Positions 1 through 8,057 of a stretch of 64,000 nt of DNA are shown here, in pieces. Each line of letters starts with the position of its first letter. The first letter of the stretch is position 1. Under the pieces are notes generated by a model. The model was given only the letters and a program-made list of their open reading frames with translations, did no database searches and was not told the DNA's origin. Made by a program: the position numbers and the translations under genes. Origin of the DNA: an uncultured Desulfospira sp. (GTDB lineage: Bacteria > Desulfobacterota > Desulfobacteria > Desulfobacterales > Desulfobacteraceae); assembly GCA_963663165.1 (NCBI GenBank), contig OY760175.1:5280001-5344000 (forward strand), written 5' to 3'.

Positions 1-2
1 GC

Positions 3-392
3 ATCATGGGAAGGTCCCTTGGCAGCGCGCCGGCCTTGGAACTTGCCGGCTCAAGGCAGGCGGACATGGACTGCCTGATCATTGAAAGCGGTTTTGCCCG
101 GGTGGCGCCCCTGCTGTCAACTCTGGGGATTGATCCGTCAGGCCTTGGCCTCAAAGAGGAACCGGGGTTTGAGAACCTGGATAAGATAAAAAATTATACC
201 AAACCCTGCCTGGTGATTCATGCCCAAAACGATTTTCTGATCCCTTTCTCTCAGGGAAACGCCCTGTTTGACGCCTGCCCGGCCCGGGACAAAACCCTTC
301 TTGAGATAAAAGGGGCAGGCCACAATGATATTTTTTTCAAAGGGGCCGCCCTTTATCTTGATGCCGTTTCAAAGATCTGCACCGGGTCATGA
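3..392 (+). CDS. Alpha/beta hydrolase (ABHD13/BEM46-like), 5'-truncated by the window edge
   Basis: GRSLG nucleophile elbow, HAQNDFLIP (Asp) and GAGHND (His) motifs; the frame is open to the window start. Confidence 0.85.
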   Translation: MMGRSLGSAPALELAGSRQADMDCLIIESGFARVAPLLSTLGIDPSGLGLKEEPGFENLDKIKNYTKPCLVIHAQNDFLIPFSQGNALFDACPARDKTLLEIKGAGHNDIFFKGAALYLDAVSKICTGS

Positions 393-902
393 CAGGGGGA
401 TCACCAGCACCGGGACACTGGTCCGCTTCAATACCTTTCTGACCAGTTTGGGCCCCATGGCATCGGCTAACAGGCCTTGCTGCTTGCATCCCATGACAAT
501 GATGTCGCAGGATTCACTTACAGCCGTGGCAACGATCTCATCGGCAATGGACCGGCTTTCCGATACCAGAATTTTGACAATGGGGGATTCGGTTTCAATG
601 CCTGAACTGTCTTCCCCGAGAAATCCGGAGATGGCCCGGCGGATTCTAAGGGCATCCACATTTTTCCCCACCAGCAGGTTCCTGGCCCCGGCCTTGTGCT
701 GGCTGATGATGTCGTTGTAGAGGGCCTCGCCAAAGGCCATTTTGACCCGCTTTTCAGAACTTTGCCTGGCCTCTTCCATGACATGGAGGACAACAATATC
801 CGCATTGGCACGGGCAGACAGGGTGGCGGCATGTTCAAACACTTTTTTCATATCCGTTGACAGATCTGAAGCAAACAGTATTTTCTCAGGTTCCTGTATC
901 AT
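387..902 (-). CDS. Universal stress protein (UspA family)
   Basis: KILFASDLS...VLHV N-terminus, DIIVMG and VPVLVIP C-terminus; GGAGG RBS. Confidence 0.9.
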   Translation of the reverse strand: MIQEPEKILFASDLSTDMKKVFEHAATLSARANADIVVLHVMEEARQSSEKRVKMAFGEALYNDIISQHKAGARNLLVGKNVDALRIRRAISGFLGEDSSGIETESPIVKILVSESRSIADEIVATAVSESCDIIVMGCKQQGLLADAMGPKLVRKVLKRTSVPVLVIPLS

Positions 903-1065
903 TTTATCCTCCTGGATAATTAAGGGGTTAAGTCAATGAATCACCTAAAAAAACACCTTACATGATCTATGGTGAATTATCAATTGCCAACGCCACCGCG
1001 TAACCGTATTTGTAATCCGGCGTGATATTTGGATTTTATTTGGTAAGTTTAATAATGTATATTGT

Positions 1066-1150
1066 TGAGACTTGGGATATGGGATATGGGACTTGGGGAG
1101 GCCGTGGATGCCGCAATCCCCAAGTCCCATATCCCAAGTCCCAAGTCCAA
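1066..1150. repeat. Palindromic heptamer tandem array (TGGGAYW family); related copies at 4692-4756 and 48008-48084
   Basis: TGGGATA/TGGGACT units on the left arm and complementary TCCCAAG/TCCCATA units on the right arm. Confidence 0.8.
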
Positions 1151-1206
1151 TTTTTTGGAGATTAAACGTATCATTTCAAATGCAGTTACCTTCGCCAACG
1201 CCATAA

Positions 1207-1221
1207 CCGGCAACCTGCCGG
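1207..1221 (-). promoter_or_regulatory. Candidate bacterial SECIS hairpin for the FmdB-like gene
   Basis: Minus strand CCGGC-AGGUU-GCCGG beginning 16 nt after the UGA at 1240-1238. Confidence 0.6.
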
Positions 1222-1225
1222 AAGT

Positions 1226-1429
1226 TTATCCGCTGGCTCATGAAAACCCCCTGGACGGGCCGGACAGGCATGCTCCGGCACTGGATTTGGTCAGGCTTGC
1301 GGCACTGATCTTTTTTTTTACATCCGGACTGCTGCACGCCGGGCATTCAACCGTGTCTTCCGCTTTGCTGAAAATTAGTTTTTCAAATTCGGTCCGGCAT
1401 TTCTGGCATTGATATTCGTAAATCGGCAT
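1226..1429 (-). CDS. FmdB-family zinc-ribbon protein, probably ending ...GFS-U-ASG (Sec at UGA 1240-1238; ends at 1238 if the UGA is a stop)
   Basis: MPIYEYQCQKC...CPAC signature; AAGGAG RBS; TGA GCC AGC GGA TAA followed by a SECIS-like hairpin. Confidence 0.85.
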
Positions 1430-1511
1430 ATTCTGTCTCCTTGAATTCGGGTTAAATCATACACACTATACGATAATCAGGCCTGCTAATTAAAAACGAA
1501 GGGAGGTACCA

Positions 1512-1718
1512 ATGAAAGAGTTACTCTATGTCGGTATATTTATCGGTATCTATCTGCTGTTGCAGATCGTCATTCTGCCAAAGCTCGGCATATCCACATG
1601 AATGCGGAATGCGGCCTGCCGGGGGGCGGGCAAAGTGCAGGAAACTGGAAACAAGATACAGGAAACCCAAAACGGCATACCGGATATGAGAGACAAAAAA
1701 CGCGGCGCTGGAAGTTAA
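1512..1718 (+). CDS. Small single-TM protein MKELLYVGIFIGIYLLLQIVILPKLGIST-U-MRNAAC..., candidate selenoprotein (29 aa if UGA 1599-1601 is a stop, 68 aa if read through)
   Basis: GGAGG RBS at 1502-1506, ATG 1512, hydrophobic helix, in-frame UGA, downstream Cys and hairpin; not in the ORF track. Confidence 0.7.
1614..1631 (+). promoter_or_regulatory. Candidate bacterial SECIS hairpin
   Basis: GCCUGCC-GGGG-GGCGGGC, 7-bp stem with one G-U pair; G-starting loop 19 nt after the UGA. Confidence 0.55.
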
Positions 1719-1919
1719 CGGACAGGGCCACAAAACAGCCAAGAGGAAACAGGAAATACAACCCGGATAGGGGGCGGGCTTGAATGGCAAATTCCGTTCA
1801 AACACCAGTTTCTTGCTTGACATTGCTGTGGCCGCAAGGGTATTGAACAAAGGGATTCAAGATCAAATTTCCCCTGGGAAAAACAGGGTTTATTAATCAC
1901 ATAAATTCACGGAGGCCCC

Positions 1920-3920
1920 ATGACAGATCCTTTGTTCTCCCCTATCACCATCAACCAGCTCATCCTTGAAAACCGGATTTACCTGCCGGCCATGCACCTG
2001 GCCATGGCCAATGAGTTTGAGGTTACGGACCAGATCGTGGAATTTTATGCCCTCAGGGCAAAAGGCGGTGCCGGGATGATCTGTGTGGGGTATGCCACGG
2101 TGGACGAGCTTTCCGGAAACACCCAGAATATCGGTGCCCATGACGACCGGTTTATCCCGGGGCTTTCCCGGCTGGCCTCCGCTATAAAGGACAACGAATC
2201 AAAGGCGATTGTTCAGCTCAACCATGCCGGCCGGTATAATTTTTCATTTTTTCTGAATGGCAAAGAGCCGGTGGCCCCTTCGCCGGTGGCTTCCAGGATG
2301 ACCCGGGAAACCCCCAGGGAGATGACCCGTGAAGACATTGCCCAGACGGTGAAAGCCTTTGCATCGGCAGCCTTTAGGGTAAAACAGGCCGGGTATGACG
2401 GGGTTGAGATTTTAAGCGGGACCGGGTACCTGATCAGTGAGTTTTTATCCCCCTTGACCAACTTAAGATCCGATGAATACGGGGGAAGCCTGGAAAACCG
2501 GATGCGCTTCGGCCTTGAGGTCATGAATGCGGTCCGGCAGGCGGTGGGCGACGATTTCCCCCTGATCGTCCGGATAAACGGCAATGATTTTATGCCCGGC
2601 GGCAATACCCGGGAAGAACTCAAGGCTTACGCGTCGGCCCTGGCCAACGGGCCTGTGGATGCCCTTTGCGTGAATGTGGGCTGGCACGAGGCCCGGGTGC
2701 CCCAGATCGTGGCCCAGGTTCCCCGGGGGGCCTTTGCCTACCTTGCCGAGGGAATTAAAAAATGTGTGGATGTCCCCGTCATTGCCAGCCATCGGATAAA
2801 TGATCCGGCCACGGCCAGGAAAATGATCCGGGAAGGCCGGTGCGACATGGTGGCCATGGGGCGCAGCCTCATCGCCGATCCCATGCTGCCCCAGAAGGCC
2901 CGCCAGAAAAAGGAAAATGAAATTGTCCACTGTATTGCCTGCGGCCAGGGCTGTTTTGACCATTTGTTCAATCTTAAATTTGTGGAATGCCTGTGTAATC
3001 CCCTGGCCGGGTATGAATATCAGGGACACAGCCAAAAGGCGGATACGTCAAAGAAGGTGATGGTGGCCGGCGGCGGTCCGGCCGGCATGATCGCAGCCCT
3101 GACAGCAAAAAGGCGGGGGCATGATGTGAGCCTGTATGAAAGCAGCGGCCGTTTAGGCGGGCAGCTTCATTTGGCTGCCGCCCCTCCGGGCCGGGAGGAA
3201 TTTGTCCAGTTGGCCCGGGATCTTGAAACTCAGTTAACCCTTGAAGCCATCCCCGTGGTGCTGAATACGCCGGTGGATCAGGCCCTGCTTCAAGCTAAGA
3301 CCCCGGATGCCGTGATTATCGCCACCGGTGCCAAACCTTTTGTCCCGGATATCCCCGGTATGGACATGGATCATGTGGCAGAATCCTGGGATGTGCTGGC
3401 CGGTAAAGCCGATACCGGCAACCGGGTGGTGGTGGTGGGCGGCGGTGCCGTTGGCGTTGAAACCGCTCTGTTCCTTGCCGAACAGGGAACTCTGGAACCT
3501 GAAGTCCTCAAGTTTTTATTGGTGAACCGGGCCGAATCCCCTGAAACCCTCTATGAAATGGCAATAAAGGGAAGCAAACAGGTCACCCTCATTGAAATGA
3601 TGGATAAAATCGGAACCGGGATTGGCAAATCCACCAAGTGGGGGATGATGCAGGACCTTGGGCGGCTCGGGGTTGAGACCATCACCCGGGGCCAGGTCAC
3701 CCGGATTATCCCTACCGGCCTTTCCTATGAAAAGGATGGCCAAACCTTTTCTCTAGAGGCAGATACCGTGGTCATTGCCGCCGGGTCTGTTCCTTACAAC
3801 CCGTTAGAATCCCTGGTAAAGGGCATGGATATCCCCTGTGAGGTCGTGGGGGATGCCGGTAAAGTGGGAACCGCCTTTGATGCGGTTCACGCCGGATACC
3901 GGGCAGCCCTGGGAATATAA
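1920..3920 (+). CDS. fadH: 2,4-dienoyl-CoA reductase-like NADH:flavin oxidoreductase (OYE barrel plus FAD domain)
   Basis: OYE motifs (QLNHAGR, GYLISEFLSP, DEYGGSLENR), CIACGQGC Fe-S motif, two Rossmann motifs (GGGPAG, GGGAVG). Confidence 0.85.
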   Translation: MTDPLFSPITINQLILENRIYLPAMHLAMANEFEVTDQIVEFYALRAKGGAGMICVGYATVDELSGNTQNIGAHDDRFIPGLSRLASAIKDNESKAIVQLNHAGRYNFSFFLNGKEPVAPSPVASRMTRETPREMTREDIAQTVKAFASAAFRVKQAGYDGVEILSGTGYLISEFLSPLTNLRSDEYGGSLENRMRFGLEVMNAVRQAVGDDFPLIVRINGNDFMPGGNTREELKAYASALANGPVDALCVNVGWHEARVPQIVAQVPRGAFAYLAEGIKKCVDVPVIASHRINDPATARKMIREGRCDMVAMGRSLIADPMLPQKARQKKENEIVHCIACGQGCFDHLFNLKFVECLCNPLAGYEYQGHSQKADTSKKVMVAGGGPAGMIAALTAKRRGHDVSLYESSGRLGGQLHLAAAPPGREEFVQLARDLETQLTLEAIPVVLNTPVDQALLQAKTPDAVIIATGAKPFVPDIPGMDMDHVAESWDVLAGKADTGNRVVVVGGGAVGVETALFLAEQGTLEPEVLKFLLVNRAESPETLYEMAIKGSKQVTLIEMMDKIGTGIGKSTKWGMMQDLGRLGVETITRGQVTRIIPTGLSYEKDGQTFSLEADTVVIAAGSVPYNPLESLVKGMDIPCEVVGDAGKVGTAFDAVHAGYRAALGI

Positions 3921-3995
3921 ACCGCGCCGGACCCAGGGGGGAGGGAGAACCCGATCCATGGGAAGATGCCGGTGCATCCAGAATGATAAGCCCCA

Positions 3996-4037
3996 CACCC
4001 GGCCACACGCAAAATATCTATTGCCCGTGGCCGGGTG
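3996..4037. terminator. Hairpin between convergent genes
   Basis: CACCCGGCCAC/GTGGCCGGGTG 11-bp inverted repeat with a 20-nt loop. Confidence 0.4.
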
Positions 4038-4076
4038 GAGGCAGGTTGGCAAAAAACGAATTTCCTGTCTAACAGA

Positions 4077-4667
4077 TCAGACGATTCCCCCCCTTTTTCG
4101 TGCTCGTCTCATGGCAGCACACAAAACAGCAATACCTCCTCCCATCAGCAGCAATGATGAGGGAGCCGGCACCGGGCTTCCCACAGCGGCCGAATAAGAG
4201 ACGCTGCAGCTCAGATCTTCATAGGAGTCAAAGTCCACATAAAAAAGGCCCCTCAAAGAGTCGTCGTATTCCGCATTGATACTCAGGTCGCATGAGCCCT
4301 CGCCCATAATGGTAAAATAAAGTGTGGCCAAAAGGACCTCTTGATCGGTGACACCAAGGAAAGACGTACCGCCTACAAATCCCCACTTGGCAGCACTCTC
4401 CAGGTATTCAAAATCTGATCCCAGCAGATAACCGGCATACCGGTATATGGTTTCATCTGCCACCTCAACATCAAAACCGAAAGACAACAGTTCATTTCCG
4501 GTTAAGTCGTCTGAATCCAGCCATACCTCTACTTCAAACACCGTATAGAGATAGCCGGTATATCCGGTTTGGGTTAAGCTGATGGATGGAGAGGCCAGGG
4601 CCTTTGTGCCGCAAAGACAAAATGCCAGCAGCAGTATCGTTAACAGCGTCGTTATTTGGGTTTTCAA
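4077..4667 (-). CDS. PEP-CTERM-type surface protein with a cohesin-like domain
   Basis: TTG start with AAGGAG RBS; signal peptide; FEVEVWL...SFGFDV...LATLYF...GEG pattern; PVPAPSS-TM-RRARKR tail. Confidence 0.75.
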   Translation of the reverse strand: MKTQITTLLTILLLAFCLCGTKALASPSISLTQTGYTGYLYTVFEVEVWLDSDDLTGNELLSFGFDVEVADETIYRYAGYLLGSDFEYLESAAKWGFVGGTSFLGVTDQEVLLATLYFTIMGEGSCDLSINAEYDDSLRGLFYVDFDSYEDLSCSVSYSAAVGSPVPAPSSLLLMGGGIAVLCAAMRRARKRGGIV

Positions 4668-4777
4668 TTTTTTAATCTCCTTTTTTTGGTCGACCTGGAA
4701 CTTGGGGCTGCCTTTCGCTACCGTTTGCAGAGCCCAGGTCCCATATCTTATATCCCGGTATTAAATTTTTTCACCAA

Positions 4778-5863
4778 TCAGGTTTCACTTAAAAATGTTT
4801 TGTAATATTTGTACCATTGCCGGTAATCGGCAAAGTCAACATCCCCGTCCTGGTCATAGTCGGCCGCCTCAACATAGGCAGCGTCCCCTTGAGACGTTCC
4901 GATGGCTTTTCGGATAAGCACCGCATCTGACCGGCCTACGGATCCGTCCTGGTCAAGATCGCCTTCCCACTTGGCATTGATTACACCAATGGCATCCAGA
5001 TCAACGCCTCCGGAGCCCCAGGTGACCCAGGCGTCGTAAATGGAATTTCCTGCAGAATCTTCAAAGGTGCCGTCTCCGGGAATATCAACAATCCTTACGT
5101 AATTTATCTCATTTAAATCGACCAAACCGGACAGGACAAGTTCGTCTTGCAGCAGGTCGTTCAGATCAAAGGGGGTGCCGAAACTGGTATTGTAACCATT
5201 GACATGCTTGCCCGCTAGATTAAAGATATTCGTCGGGTCCTGAGTCAGGTAGGCCTGGCTGGTGGGGCCGCCATCCAGGTAATTGAGATAGGAACAGGGG
5301 AAACGGGCAAAATTGATCCCGTCAGTAGATACCTCTACATATCCCAGTTCGGCAAATAACCCGCCGGTACTCGTACCAGCACCTGTTGTGTAGTCGGAGA
5401 TGAATCCGTTTTCAAATACCGCAAAATCCGCACCGTCGCCGTTGATGATGGCCCTGTCAAACCCTAAGGTCACATAACCAGGCCCGGATCCGCTGCCGGC
5501 CAGATAGGCTGCGATCTCTTCCGAATCCATGTCCCCAAGAGAAACAATGTGCATCACATTGCCGGTTGCTTCATACAGGGCATTTTGCGGGAATGTGAAC
5601 TGGGTTCCGATTCCGTTGTCGGCGTAGACCCCTTTTATATCCGATGGTTCATACGCCTGCACCGTGGCGGCCCAGCCTACAAAGACAGGATTGACATCGT
5701 TTTTGGAACTTACGACACCGTCCCCGGCGGGGCCAACATAACCGGGGATACCGGCATCTATTCCATCCCCGCCAACCGCATCCGAATAGGGTCCGGCAGC
5801 CCATGCCGTAACCCCTGACAGGGCGATTACGGCCATGACAAACAGCCATTTAATTGGTTTCAT
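4778..5863 (-). CDS. Secreted cell-surface protein with C-terminal dockerin-like duplicated Ca-binding loops
   Basis: Signal peptide; GYVTLGFD...NGDGADFAVFENGF...VEVSTDG domain; tail GDLDQDGSVGRSD...ADYDQDGDVDFAD. Confidence 0.8.
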   Translation of the reverse strand: MKPIKWLFVMAVIALSGVTAWAAGPYSDAVGGDGIDAGIPGYVGPAGDGVVSSKNDVNPVFVGWAATVQAYEPSDIKGVYADNGIGTQFTFPQNALYEATGNVMHIVSLGDMDSEEIAAYLAGSGSGPGYVTLGFDRAIINGDGADFAVFENGFISDYTTGAGTSTGGLFAELGYVEVSTDGINFARFPCSYLNYLDGGPTSQAYLTQDPTNIFNLAGKHVNGYNTSFGTPFDLNDLLQDELVLSGLVDLNEINYVRIVDIPGDGTFEDSAGNSIYDAWVTWGSGGVDLDAIGVINAKWEGDLDQDGSVGRSDAVLIRKAIGTSQGDAAYVEAADYDQDGDVDFADYRQWYKYYKTFLSET

Positions 5864-5878
5864 ATTGTATTCTCCTTT

Positions 5879-5991
5879 TATAAGAAAGTCTCACTAAGGT
5901 CCTGAGAAGACTTTCAATATTTGTTGTGGGCGGTGCTTGGTTGGATAATCCAAGCCGTCCGGTTTCTGCCCTTTAGGGTATGACAGTTATA
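5879..5991. repeat. ~90-bp two-hairpin MITE/REP-like element (family A), copy 1 of 7
   Basis: GAAAGTCT..AGACTTTC hairpin plus GTGGGCGG..CTTGG..CCAAG..CCGTCC hairpin. Other copies: 6691-6740, 7451-7522 (rev), 42402-42495, 42574-42633, 52102-52194, 60512-60605 (rev). Confidence 0.85.
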
Positions 5992-6616
5992 AAAATAGCC
6001 TGCGCCTGATGGCTGAAAGTCCCAGCAGTCCGCTGCCCATGATCAGCAGGGAGCCCGGTACCGGCACGGCAGCCCCAAAGTCAAGTCCGGCCCCGTTTAC
6101 CAGGTATCCTCCGGATATTAGATTTCTAAGATAAAGATTTTGCTCTGCCCAGGTTTGGATATAAAGTGAGTAATAGATGCAGGTTAAATCACTGGTATAT
6201 TCTGTAGGGAAATAAATATCCGGCTCCCCGTCCTGAACCGCACCATCAAGAATTTTCATGGTGTAGGTGCCCAGCAGGTAATCCTCATCTATCACGTAAT
6301 GGGTCCCGTTTCCCTGAATACCGGATATAATCCCATTGCCTACGATACCCGGAGTATATTTTTGATCAAAGTTTGACGGGAGATTGTTTTCATACTCGTT
6401 AATCCAGGCAGCCTCCGAGGTGTCAAAACAAAAACCCAGAGAGTAATATCTGAGGTTCACTGTCTCATCAGCATCTTCGTCCACCATTAACCATATTTCA
6501 ACAGTGTCATCCCCGTCTAAGTTATTCATTTCGATATACCAGGCCGAGGCCGGGAGTGCTGAAATAAAGAGTGTGCAAAACAAGGCCGCTGCCGCGACTA
6601 AAATTTTTTGGTTCAC
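5987..6616 (-). CDS. PEP-CTERM/VPLPA-CTERM-type surface protein, possibly cohesin-like
   Basis: GTG start with AAGGAG RBS; signal peptide; LRYYSLGFCFDTSE...YLLGTYTM pattern; AVPVPGS-TM-RRR tail. Confidence 0.75.
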   Translation of the reverse strand: MNQKILVAAAALFCTLFISALPASAWYIEMNNLDGDDTVEIWLMVDEDADETVNLRYYSLGFCFDTSEAAWINEYENNLPSNFDQKYTPGIVGNGIISGIQGNGTHYVIDEDYLLGTYTMKILDGAVQDGEPDIYFPTEYTSDLTCIYYSLYIQTWAEQNLYLRNLISGGYLVNGAGLDFGAAVPVPGSLLIMGSGLLGLSAIRRRLFL

Positions 6617-6751
6617 GTTGGTTCTCCTTATGCTATTTGGATTGCTCCTGATTTTTTATTAGGCCCCGGCCGGCGGCCCAGGGCCTTGCCTTTTAATATT
6701 GGGTGGGGGCGGATCTTGGTTGGCCAGCCAAGTCTTTCCCTGTTTGTCCCA

Positions 6752-7417
6752 TCAGGCTTTTCTGCGGCAGGTGCCGGCAAGGGCCAAAAGACCGCTACCC
6801 AGCAGCGAGAATGCACCGGGAACAGGTACGGCTGACAGGGTCCCCTCTATGGTCATGGTGATGCTGTCAAGAACAAAGTCTGTGCGGGCGTTGCCGTTCA
6901 GTCCCGCTTCGACCAGGTAAGTCAGTTCTCCGCTCTCCAGCAGGCTCAGGTCCGTGAGGGTGTATTCATAGGTTGAGGCGTCTGTGGTGGAATTAACGCC
7001 GACTTCCACAGCTTCTATGACGGTTGTGGTGCCGTTCAGTGTGACGGTGGCCAGATCCGGATAAATCGAGGTGTCCCTGGTGGTATCCATGCTGTTGGTA
7101 TCCGAGTAAATTCTGGGCGGAGTATTCCAGATGTTGTAATTCAGGTTGTCATCGTCGTGCCAGGTAAAGGTTAAGGTGACGGTAAGACCGGTATAGCCGG
7201 ACAGGTCTTCCCAGCCGCTGAAGCTGCCCGATACGGTTAAATAATTGGCAACAATATAGTCTCCCTGGATGGTATAATTTTCTCCAAGCCCGTAATGATA
7301 TACGGTCTGGTCTGCTGCCTCATATGTGTCTTCATATATTAGGGCTGCCGAAGCAGCTCCTGAAACCATAAAAAGTATGGAAAAGATTGCGGTTGTGATT
7401 AAAACTGATTTTTTCAT
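6752..7417 (-). CDS. PEP-CTERM/VPLPA-CTERM-type surface protein (Thr/Asp-rich beta domain)
   Basis: Start moved to MKKSVL with AAGGA RBS; signal peptide ending ASA; AVPVPGA-TM-RRK tail. Confidence 0.8.
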   Translation of the reverse strand: MKKSVLITTAIFSILFMVSGAASAALIYEDTYEAADQTVYHYGLGENYTIQGDYIVANYLTVSGSFSGWEDLSGYTGLTVTLTFTWHDDDNLNYNIWNTPPRIYSDTNSMDTTRDTSIYPDLATVTLNGTTTVIEAVEVGVNSTTDASTYEYTLTDLSLLESGELTYLVEAGLNGNARTDFVLDSITMTIEGTLSAVPVPGAFSLLGSGLLALAGTCRRKA

Positions 7418-7690
7418 GTGGTTTGTCCTTTCTTTTTTTATAAAATTCGAATAACTGTTATGGGGACGGCTTTGGTTATCCAACCTGGCGCCGGCCCACA
7501 ACGAAAAGCCTTTTCAGCTTGTTGATAAAAATTACATAGAAAAATCTGTGTTATTGAACAAAGCAGCACGTGCCGGAAGGACCGGTCCCGGTGGGCATTG
7601 ATTTGGGCAGCAGAATTGTGGTATTGTACGAAAATCCGTTTTTATTTGAAAACGGACAAGTACCTGCTTTAAATGCCGGTGCGATTTTTA

Positions 7691-7729
7691 AAGGCCCGCA
7701 GAGCATCTTGGCGGAGGCATGCGGGCCTT
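7691..7729. terminator. Strong hairpin in the leader downstream of the riboswitch
   Basis: AAGGCCCGCA/TGCGGGCCTT perfect 10-bp stem; only a short U tract on the minus strand. Confidence 0.4.
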
Positions 7730-7810
7730 CCCTTGTCGAGTAAAATTTTGGGGTCGATTTTTTCCTCCTTTTTCGGTAGTACGGCGCAATAAAAATATGC
7801 CGGGTTTAAT

Positions 7811-7912
7811 TCTCCGGGGCCGCCCGGCTGTCCTTTTTTTGATCCCTGAAGGAGAGGACCCGTGGCTTTCCGGACCCCGGTTTCCCGGGGTGTGGCTTTC
7901 GCTATCCGGGAG
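7811..7912 (-). ncRNA. Cyclic di-GMP-I (GEMM) riboswitch
   Basis: Minus strand GAAAG-CC-ACACC-CCGG-GAAA-CCGG-GG-UCCGG-AAAGCCACGGGUCCU...AGGACAGCCGGGCGGCC matches the GEMM P2 (GNRA loop), AAAGC junction and P3 layout. Confidence 0.8.
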
Positions 7913-8057
7913 TAGGTATAGCAGGTTGTTTTTAAGATTTCTCGGACTTTTTTGCTATAATTTAAACTTTTTTGTCATAGGTTTAATTTTTTTGTTTTCA
8001 AAAGGTGTTCCCTGGCTTTTGCCCCCCCCTCAAAAAAATAGAAGCCAGGCCCCGTGC

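Noticed and set aside
1066..1150. Heptamer arrays or other repeats as CRISPR arrays
   Set aside because: No regularly spaced 25-40 bp direct repeats with unique spacers, and no cas genes
5879..7522. Family A repeats between surface genes as integron attC sites
   Set aside because: Gene stops fall in a TAAC end, but there is no consistent GTTRRRY at the other end, orientation is mixed, and no integrase is present
7562..7576. Sigma54 promoter CCGGCACGTGCTGCT upstream of the PEP-CTERM cluster
   Set aside because: GG-to-GC spacing is 8, not the required 10
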